From Prasinococcaceae sp. CCMP 1430 (taxonomy: Eukaryota > Plantae > Prasinodermophyta): a stretch of 6,683 nt of DNA. Of the stretch, positions 1 through 5,783 are shown one piece after another. Location: positions 1 through 6,683 of the forward strand of contig RQSC01000514.1 in assembly GCA_013416795.1 (NCBI GenBank), read 5' to 3'. Both the position numbers and the translations under genes were made by a program. How positions within the stretch are numbered: position 1 is the first letter of the stretch; each line of letters begins with the position of its first letter. The notes beneath the pieces are model-generated. The model was not told the origin of the DNA and did not search any database. It saw only the letters and a program-made list of their open reading frames with translations.

Positions 1-195
1 TGAAAACACCAGCCAAGCAAAAGGTGTGTTTGTGCTCAGTCATTCAGGCATGCCAGAAAACTGGTTTAGGCAGATGCTGCCGCCGGAGATTCTTTTCTTT
101 TGTGAGGCTCCTGAAAACACCAGCCAAGCAAAAGGTGTGTTTGTGCTCAGTCATTCAGGCATGCCAAAAAGCTGGTTTAGGCAGATGGTGCCGCC
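1..195. repeat. Direct repeat with 111-bp period (1-84 vs 112-195); first copy probably cut by the window edge
   Basis: tgaaaacaccagcc...gatg(c/g)tgccgcc aligns without gaps over 84 bp with 3 mismatches. Each copy ends in the left part of a dyad element (72 and 183). Confidence 0.95.
72..93. promoter_or_regulatory. Dyad element AGWWGC-N10-GCWWCT, copy 1 (11/12)
   Basis: agatgc-tgccgccgga-gattct. Function inferred. Confidence 0.55.
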
Positions 196-204
196 AGCGC
201 AACC
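183..204. promoter_or_regulatory. Dyad element, copy 2 (10/12)
   Basis: agatgg-tgccgccagc-gcaacc, followed by an AT-rich tract; 74 nt before ATG 279. Confidence 0.5.
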
Positions 205-278
205 ATTTGTGTATAATGGTATATGTGCTAATTATCAAAAAAATCCTGCCTTTTCAAAAACCGAATCGCAGGTAAAAT

Positions 279-788
279 ATGTCAGAAGATCCGGCAAACT
301 ACGCTTGCCTTGCGGTGCCTTGCACCCAGCGCACCGCTAATGTGTTAGACGCTCACTGTCGTCAGCACCAGAAGATGGTTTCAGAAATCACCTCCGTTTT
401 GGAGGCTGGGTTTAAGAAACTTTTGAAAAAACAGCGGGGAGGGATCGTGAACGTGGTTTTGGTGCTAGAGATGGGGATGGAGGGGATGTCGGTCTCGGTT
501 GAGACGACTAAGTGGGTGGAAGACAGAATCCCGGATTTGGGCAACAGTGATAGGTGTGTGTTTGCTATTCTTCCAACGGGGGTCGAGTTCGCGTTCAAAG
601 AAGAGGGGTACGTGTCGTTTGGGCATAATGCCAGATTGGTCGCTGAGATGGGGGCGCACACTTTGGTGTTATCACCGGGTGTGTGGTCGTATAAGGATAG
701 CGAGTTCTACAAGAAGGGAGGATGGCTGGACATGTTAAAGGACGGGATGAGCAGGGCTACTGGAGTTAGGAGGGCTAGCTTGTGCTGA
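279..788 (+). CDS. Hypothetical protein, 169 aa, N-terminal C-x4-C-x11-C-x2-H zinc finger; divergent member of the local paralog family
   Basis: ATG follows an AT-rich spacer. CLAVPCTQRTANVLDAHCRQH (306-368) is followed by EITSVLEAGF, matching EVQAVLEKGL (2884 ORF) and EIVAIVEMGL (4028 ORF). Confidence 0.85.
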   Translation: MSEDPANYACLAVPCTQRTANVLDAHCRQHQKMVSEITSVLEAGFKKLLKKQRGGIVNVVLVLEMGMEGMSVSVETTKWVEDRIPDLGNSDRCVFAILPTGVEFAFKEEGYVSFGHNARLVAEMGAHTLVLSPGVWSYKDSEFYKKGGWLDMLKDGMSRATGVRRASLC

Positions 789-865
789 GAAGCGTTTGGG
801 TTTATTTGCAAAAGGGCCAACATGTATTAATTAAATCAATCATGTTGAAATATAATGTATATTAA

Positions 866-1225
866 ATGGCTGGTTTTGCAAATGCATTTTCATGTACATG
901 CAGGCAAAAAATGGAAACTGATTCTGAGAAGAGTGCTAAGATTGATGAAGGGGAGAAAAACATAACAAATGTTTCTGATTCTGATTCAGATATTGATGAC
1001 CTTCCCGACTTGATTACGGAAGATGAAATGGGGTGGGAGTTTCGGTTTTCCAGTCTTCAGGTTCAGTACTCCGCTCCTGAGGTGGATGGAATTAGTGGTG
1101 CTTTAAAGAAGCTGTTAATCAGATTGAGGAAGCCTGACAGGCAGATGTATTACGAAGATATTTGGCCACATTTTGTGGTGAGGTACTTTGAAATGTTCGA
1201 GAAGAAAGTGTTGGATGTGGATTGA
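866..1225 (+). CDS. Small acidic hypothetical protein with a DDLPDLI motif (start may be ATG 911)
   Basis: 119-aa ORF with an acidic N-half (SDSDSDIDDLPDLITEDE) and a likely folded C-half. 866-910 is AT-rich and could be leader, so aaaaATG at 911 is an alternative start. Confidence 0.75.
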   Translation: MAGFANAFSCTCRQKMETDSEKSAKIDEGEKNITNVSDSDSDIDDLPDLITEDEMGWEFRFSSLQVQYSAPEVDGISGALKKLLIRLRKPDRQMYYEDIWPHFVVRYFEMFEKKVLDVD

Positions 1226-1277
1226 GATGGTTCTTATTGTTTTGTAATAACGAATTAACCAGTTATTAAAGAAAGTG

Positions 1278-1526
1278 ATGGATACACATTTTCATTTCAT
1301 ATGGTCGCAGGAAATGATGGAGGGTGAAGAGAGGGAAAGGAAAAGGCAAAGGGTGCCGAAATGGCGTCGAGTGAATATTCATGTGGTGGGGTTGATTAGG
1401 GGGATATGGCTAAATGAAGATATGAGAAGGCCAAGGCCAAGTCCAAATATCAAGTACACTCATAACGAGTCAGATGTAAATGACTTAGATGATGTTCCTG
1501 AATTAGTGGAGAGTGATGAGGAATAA
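1278..1526 (+). CDS. Small hypothetical protein, 82 aa, basic patch ERKRQRV and C-terminal DDVPELVESDEE (duplicate A)
   Basis: ATG 1278 is homologous to ATG 1604 of the duplicate. The indels between the two coding copies (6 and 15 nt) preserve frame. Confidence 0.8.
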   Translation: MDTHFHFIWSQEMMEGEERERKRQRVPKWRRVNIHVVGLIRGIWLNEDMRRPRPSPNIKYTHNESDVNDLDDVPELVESDEE

Positions 1527-1603
1527 GGTGGAAGATGAAGATGGTTCTTAATTATAGGGTTCTTGTTTTGTAATAACGAATTAACCGGTATTTAATGAAA
1601 ATG

Positions 1604-1816
1604 ATGGATACACATTTTCATTTCATATGGTCGCAGGAAATGACGAAGGGTGAAGAGAGGGAAAGGAAAAGGCAAAGGGTGACAAAATCTGATCGAGTGC
1701 CATATCATGTGGAGGAGTTGATTAGGGGGTCGTGGCTCCTTGAAGAAATGAAAAGGCCAAGTCCAAATATAAAGTCAGATGTTAATGACTTTGATGATCT
1801 CCCTGAATTGGTTTGA
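1604..1816 (+). CDS. Small hypothetical protein, 70 aa, ending DDLPELV (duplicate B; alternative ATGs at 1595 and 1601)
   Basis: Paralog of 1278-1526 with the reading frame conserved. Confidence 0.8.
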   Translation: MDTHFHFIWSQEMTKGEERERKRQRVTKSDRVPYHVEELIRGSWLLEEMKRPSPNIKSDVNDFDDLPELV

Positions 1817-1848
1817 GATTTATAAATGGTGGAAGACAAGATAAAGGC

Positions 1849-1870
1849 AGTTGCTGCGGCCGTCGCTTCT
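1849..1870. promoter_or_regulatory. Dyad element, copy 3 (12/12)
   Basis: agttgc-tgcggccgtc-gcttct, followed by an AT-rich tract; 87 nt before ATG 1958. Confidence 0.65.
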
Positions 1871-1957
1871 ATTATAATAATTCTTTTTTAATGAAAGGAT
1901 TACATAAAGTACAAAACTGAGTTTAAGGCCAATATTCAATGTGTTTGTGTGATGCAG

Positions 1958-2746
1958 ATGGCATCTATTCCGAAGACACGATTGCAAGAAAAGTGGTGGG
2001 ATATAATCAAGTATAATTGGGAGAATGAATCCACGTCTGCTTGCGAGGTTGAGAAGTGCAAGGAGAAGAGGGTCGGTTTCGACGAATACTGTTCGGGACA
2101 TGGTGATGTAGCCGCCCATTTGGCGGCGGTGGTGGAAAATGGCCTTCGGGTTATTCAGTCGATGGACCACGATCGGGTTTTGTGTGTGGAGATGAGCCGG
2201 CAAAAGGTTGTGAGCGTGTCTTATGTGAGGAGGTCGAGCGAGATGGTGTTGTCAGATGAAGAAATTGACAAGTCGGCCACGCCCTTTGGAGTGGGGGGGG
2301 AGAAGATGATGGGCCGGTTTAGGTGGGTAGTGCGTGCACCCGGGCCGGGTGGGAAGACATACGTCATTCGACGTGCAAGTCTTGGTGACGACGGAGAGAG
2401 ATCCGCCAGAGAGCTGGTTAGGTATCTCATGTCGACGCGGATGGCCGAGTCGCGGCTGGCACAGGTGAAGGAGCTTCAGGAGCTCTTTCTGGACGCCCTG
2501 CGATTTTTTCCGGTGGTGGCCCCAGTTCCAATGCCGGAGAAGCAGGCGCGGGAGCTGGCGGGGTCAATCTTTGCGGGTGTGGTGGGGCTGGCAGAAAAGG
2601 AGATGCTAGAAGAGGAAGAGCAGGCTTCGCCCGCTGACGTGTCCAAGTTCCGCGAAGAGTGGAGGAGGAGCGTGGGAATCCTGCAGGGGAAGGTGGAGGA
2701 GGAAGTCAATCGACTGACGGGGAGGAGGGGACTTTCGGGAGAGTAG
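1958..2746 (+). CDS. Hypothetical protein, ~262 aa, one C-x4-C-x10-C-x2-H finger, family core and helical C-terminus
   Basis: CEVEKCKEKRVGFDEYCSGH (2042-2101). C-terminal PEKQARELAGSIFAGV and GILQGKVEEEVNR match the 2884 ORF. Start set at 1958 (alternative 1952) because its tgtttgtg-N4-gcagATGGC context is the same as that of ATG 4028. Confidence 0.9.
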   Translation: MASIPKTRLQEKWWDIIKYNWENESTSACEVEKCKEKRVGFDEYCSGHGDVAAHLAAVVENGLRVIQSMDHDRVLCVEMSRQKVVSVSYVRRSSEMVLSDEEIDKSATPFGVGGEKMMGRFRWVVRAPGPGGKTYVIRRASLGDDGERSARELVRYLMSTRMAESRLAQVKELQELFLDALRFFPVVAPVPMPEKQARELAGSIFAGVVGLAEKEMLEEEEQASPADVSKFREEWRRSVGILQGKVEEEVNRLTGRRGLSGE

Positions 2747-2747
2747 A

Positions 2748-2769
2748 AGATGCTGCGGCGGGGGCATGT
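2748..2769. promoter_or_regulatory. Dyad element, copy 4 (11/12)
   Basis: agatgc-tgcggcgggg-gcatgt; 1 nt after the stop at 2746 and 114 nt before ATG 2884. Confidence 0.6.
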
Positions 2770-2883
2770 TGTTATTTGATAAAAGGTGGTAGCTTGTCAC
2801 GTGATATATTATTTTAAGAATGAAAAACATTTTCTGGACACTTTTTCAGGCACACATGCATTCTAAGATAGGTTGGCCAGTTT

Positions 2884-3738
2884 ATGGATGAAATGCCCGG
2901 TGTCACACAGATGGAAAGCGACAACGACATATGCTTGATCCCTGATTGCGAGAATGAGACGGACGGCGACGAGCTCTGTCCTCATCACGTCCGGATGCGT
3001 ATGGGATTGGAGTACCGAATTGATTACCTATACAGCAATAACCAAAATTCGGGACCCGACTGTGAGGTTGGGGGGTGCAAAAAGAAGGTGGGCGGGATGT
3101 CCTTGTACTGCGTGGAGCACACTCACAAGTGTCAAGAGGTCCAAGCCGTGCTGGAAAAAGGACTTTCGTTTGTGGAAGCCCTGGAAAAGTTGGAGGGCAA
3201 AGATGGCGGACTCGCGCTAGAGTTTAAGCTTGAACAAGAAACCATGGGGATCCGCGCAACCGTCAGTTGTGTCGCAGATGTGCGCCAGTACAAGGAAAGC
3301 ACGACTATCCATCTGATTGACGGCAGCAAGTTGGAGGGGAAGTATAAATCTTTGATTACTGGGAGAGCGGGAACCCACGAAGTTTTTGGATCAGACGATT
3401 TGCGCACTTGTGCCCGGAATTGCGCGGACGCTCTGTTCTGGTACATTGGCAAAGATAATGAAATCGAGCCGGTCGTTCGGGTGAAGACAGCCATTGACGA
3501 CGCATTCGCGACACGTCCTGTGTACATGAGGGAAGACTCGGAGAAGGAGATGAGAGAGTATGCGGCCCTAATCATGTCAGGGGTGAGGCAGAAGACGAAT
3601 AAGGCGCTGGATGGAGAGCTTAGGAGGATGAAGGAGGAGAAGGCCAACAAATTGGGCATTTTGCAGGGGTTGGCCAATGAGGAGATGGACAGGTGGAAGC
3701 GGAAGAGGGAGGCAGAAGCCGACGGTGGCGACTTATAA
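2884..3738 (+). CDS. Hypothetical protein, 284 aa, two C-x4-C-x9/10-C-x2-H fingers, family core and helical C-terminus
   Basis: CLIPDCENETDGDELCPHH (2932-2988) and CEVGGCKKKVGGMSLYCVEH (3061-3120). SEKEMREYAALIMSGV and GILQGLANEEMDR match the 1958 ORF. Confidence 0.9.
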   Translation: MDEMPGVTQMESDNDICLIPDCENETDGDELCPHHVRMRMGLEYRIDYLYSNNQNSGPDCEVGGCKKKVGGMSLYCVEHTHKCQEVQAVLEKGLSFVEALEKLEGKDGGLALEFKLEQETMGIRATVSCVADVRQYKESTTIHLIDGSKLEGKYKSLITGRAGTHEVFGSDDLRTCARNCADALFWYIGKDNEIEPVVRVKTAIDDAFATRPVYMREDSEKEMREYAALIMSGVRQKTNKALDGELRRMKEEKANKLGILQGLANEEMDRWKRKREAEADGGDL

Positions 3739-3755
3739 GGACATTGCTGATTCCA

Positions 3756-3777
3756 AGATGCCCCTGCCGTCGTATCT
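3756..3777. promoter_or_regulatory. Dyad element, copy 5 (11/12)
   Basis: agatgc-ccctgccgtc-gtatct; 17 nt after the stop at 3738. Confidence 0.6.
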
Positions 3778-3897
3778 TTTATGATTACAAAAAGTGATCA
3801 TAGTAGGGATGTAAAATATTATATTAAAAGAATAAATGCCAGTGAGAGTATGATGATGTAAGGTATTCGATTCTGTGAATAAAAAGTGCCTGCTGTG

Positions 3898-3919
3898 AGT
3901 TGCGGCTTGGGCCGCTTCT
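3898..3919. promoter_or_regulatory. Dyad element, copy 6 (12/12)
   Basis: agttgc-ggcttgggcc-gcttct, containing the perfect inverted repeat gcggc-ttgg-gccgc; 108 nt before ATG 4028. Confidence 0.7.
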
Positions 3920-4027
3920 TTAGGATGATGATATCCCTGAGTGCTGAAAAGAGTTGAGATAACTTTATTTTGGTAAATAAAGTGTTTCTTACCAGTATAT
4001 GGTTTGAACTTTGTTTGTGGCGCGCAG

Positions 4028-4597
4028 ATGGCTGATGAGGCCGGACCCAGCGCTATTACCGACGGCGGGGTTGAGGACAGAATGCGTGCTCATGTTGGGA
4101 AGAATGAGATTGTTGCTATTGTGGAAATGGGACTGGCGTTTGTGGCCGGCCTGAATAAGCAGAATCGAGAGGCTGGTAAAGAGATGGTGCTGGTATTCAT
4201 ACCTCGTGGGTATCATGGCTATTGCCCCAACGTAATGTTTAAGAGTTATGAGGAGATTGCGACCTGGCAAAAGGATGTCGGTTGCTGGGGGTACGACGAA
4301 GAATTCAAAGCTTGGGAAAGAAAGATGAAACACACGTATAAATGGGTTATCGATGGAGGAGAGATGTTTTTGGCCGAGATGTATTGGGACGGCAGCTCAC
4401 GCAGTCTGAGCAAGGCTGCAAAGGCCTGTGCGTCGGAGCTGTTTAGGCAGTATTGTGAGGACAAAGAATGGGCAAGAAATAGAGATGAAGATGGAAGTGA
4501 TAGTGATGAACGGCCCGATTCTGTGTGGTTAGATCCGCGTGACGTCGAGGAACTTAAGAATGCCATGGAGTTCGAGATCTCAACCTATAGGGAGTGA
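4028..4597 (+). CDS. Hypothetical protein, 189 aa, family core without a zinc finger
   Basis: EIVAIVEMGLAFV, KMKHTYKWVI and SLSKAAKACASELFRQY align by eye with EVQAVLEKGLSFV, KLEGKYKSLI and DLRTCARNCADALFWY of the 2884 ORF. ATG 4028 preferred over the track's non-ATG start at 4004. Confidence 0.88.
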   Translation: MADEAGPSAITDGGVEDRMRAHVGKNEIVAIVEMGLAFVAGLNKQNREAGKEMVLVFIPRGYHGYCPNVMFKSYEEIATWQKDVGCWGYDEEFKAWERKMKHTYKWVIDGGEMFLAEMYWDGSSRSLSKAAKACASELFRQYCEDKEWARNRDEDGSDSDERPDSVWLDPRDVEELKNAMEFEISTYRE

Positions 4598-4631
4598 TGG
4601 ATCAGACGGGGCTTTGTTTGTGCTCGAGCTG

Positions 4632-4653
4632 AGATGCGCCTTGGGCCGCTTCT
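4632..4653. promoter_or_regulatory. Dyad element, copy 7 (12/12)
   Basis: agatgc-gccttgggcc-gcttct; 34 nt after the stop at 4597. Confidence 0.7.
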
Positions 4654-4691
4654 TTCGGATGATGATGTCCTGAAAAGGCAGGCAATAATAT
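4632..4691. repeat. Dispersed intergenic module shared with 5634-5693 and, in part, 3898-3950
   Basis: 24-nt ag(a/t)tgcgccttgggccgcttcttt, 21 nt of spacer, then ggcaggcaataatat at both loci. The 3898 copy matches 23/24 of the first block and shares ggatgatgat..ctgaaaa with this copy. Confidence 0.9.
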
Positions 4692-4808
4692 ATTTGTGAA
4701 TAAATCTACCCTTTCATAAACCAAAGTTGCATTAAATGAAAACCCGAAACTTACCGACGTTGTTGGGGCACAAATGGGGACATTAAATGGTGCAGGGGGA
4801 GTACCCGA

Positions 4809-5621
4809 ATGGCGGACTTGGATGGTGGCGAGCTGGAATCGCCAGAATTCCTGTCATCGTTGAAACCCGGGCTGGCTCGTGTGGCCGCGCATGTTATCAA
4901 CCGGTCACGCCAGATCCACGAGTGGGTATGTCGCGTAGAAGCCATAACGGGGCGCCAGTATGCGGTGCTTCTCGTGTACGACTCGTTCACGCAATTGGCA
5001 AGTCGAGTTATTATCGTCGAGTTGCTGGATATGTATTTCGCGTTGGCGGGCGGATTTTTTAAGCCAGCGCCGGAGGATCGGGTGACGCCACTAGTTCGTG
5101 AGGACGAATTTCGCCTGCTGGTATCCTATGTCGAGAAGGTTGAATGGGATCAGTATGAGCCAAAGGCGGGAGCGAGGGAAGCCAAGCCGAGACTTACGGT
5201 ATCGGCGAGAATCAAAGCTTCGGCGGGGGACAAATTCTATTTCAGAGTCTCGAATTCCGAGTCCGTGGATTTCAGATTTTCACAGAGGGTCGTCTCGACG
5301 GCGGGGATGTTGCAGGTCGGCGAAGGTCGAAAAAGCTGCGCGAACCTGGAGTGCCGGGTGGAGGTTGGCGTGCAAGTCAAGTGCGCCTCATGCCTTGATG
5401 CCCGGTACTGTGGCGTGGAGTGCCAGCACGCAGACTGGCAGAAACACAAGGAGTCATGCCGGACTTTGCGCGCGGCAAGGCAGTTTTTGAGCAATCTGCA
5501 TGGGGAGGTTACACGCACATGGTTTGATCGAAAGGAGATGTTGGGGACCGTTTTTGCGATGGGAGGGGAGACTTTTGCTCGGCATGAAGGGCAGTTGTAC
5601 GGACCGTTTCCTCCAAAATGA
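4809..5621 (+). CDS. MYND-type zinc finger protein, 270 aa
   Basis: CANLEC-x9-CASC-x4-YC-x3-CQ-x2-DW-x2-HK-x2-C at 5337-5459 fits the canonical MYND signature. The N-terminal ~175 aa has no recognised domain but weakly resembles the local family core. Confidence 0.92.
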   Translation: MADLDGGELESPEFLSSLKPGLARVAAHVINRSRQIHEWVCRVEAITGRQYAVLLVYDSFTQLASRVIIVELLDMYFALAGGFFKPAPEDRVTPLVREDEFRLLVSYVEKVEWDQYEPKAGAREAKPRLTVSARIKASAGDKFYFRVSNSESVDFRFSQRVVSTAGMLQVGEGRKSCANLECRVEVGVQVKCASCLDARYCGVECQHADWQKHKESCRTLRAARQFLSNLHGEVTRTWFDRKEMLGTVFAMGGETFARHEGQLYGPFPPK

Positions 5622-5633
5622 AGGGTCACTCCA

Positions 5634-5655
5634 AGTTGCGCCTTGGGCCGCTTCT
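5634..5655. promoter_or_regulatory. Dyad element, copy 8 (12/12)
   Basis: agttgc-gccttgggcc-gcttct; 12 nt after the stop at 5621 and 128 nt before ATG 5784. Confidence 0.7.
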
Positions 5656-5738
5656 TTCATTTGCGAATATCAAACGAGGGCAGGCAATAATATTTTATTC
5701 TGAACAAGTTGCAAATTTACGGTTGATATTTTCGCCGT

Positions 5739-5778
5739 ATTTTCCCGCCTGTGCCGGATTTTCCCGCCTGTGCCGGAT
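5739..5778. repeat. Perfect 19-bp tandem duplication containing TTTTCCCGCC
   Basis: attttcccgcctgtgccgg at 5739-5757 and 5758-5776, plus 'at'. A degenerate attttcgccgt precedes it at 5728-5738. Confidence 0.95.
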
Positions 5779-5783
5779 CGCAG

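Larger units (their letters stand above)
1225..1841. repeat. Tandem duplication of an ~310-bp unit (spacer plus small gene): ~1225-1538 and ~1539-1841
   Basis: Both units begin agatggttctta, share ttgttttgtaataacgaattaacc and atggatacacattttcatttcatatggtcgcaggaaatga, and end with ggtggaaga. Confidence 0.95.

Noticed and set aside
24-340. Track ORFs 24-275 and 26-340 as real genes
   Set aside because: Non-ATG starts, run through the repeat and the AT-rich promoter-like tract, and one overlaps the 279 gene. The 3 substitutions between copies do not favour either frame. The 3' end of an upstream gene cannot be fully excluded.
1278-1816. Diversity-generating retroelement template/variable repeat pair
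   Set aside because: Differences are not adenine-specific on either strand (e.g. atg/acg, tgg/tct, gag/aag), both copies are intact ORFs, and no reverse transcriptase is in the window.
3902-3921. Rho-independent terminator (gcggc-ttgg-gccgc then ttcttt)
   Set aside because: The perfect 5-bp stem occurs in only one copy, others have mismatches, the U tract is short and the context is not bacterial. Treated as part of the dyad element.
860-4789. Poxvirus-type late promoter TAAATG
   Set aside because: It coincides with a called start only at 866. Other instances (around 1823, 3833, 4733, 4784) do not start credible genes and are expected in AT-rich spacers.
4787-5062. Overlapping ORF starting at taaATG 4787 upstream of the MYND gene
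   Set aside because: It overlaps the MYND ORF almost entirely in another frame and has no recognisable features. It might act as an upstream ORF, but nothing in the sequence supports that.
1849-5655. Classical integron attC sites
   Set aside because: The elements are only 22 bp, lack the RYYYAAC/GTTRRRY core ends and the long attC stem, and no IntI is present. Only the loose cassette analogy is kept as a hypothesis.
3898-5657. CRISPR array from the repeated 24-mer
   Set aside because: Copies are 734 and 1002 bp apart with whole genes between them; no regular short spacers and no cas genes.
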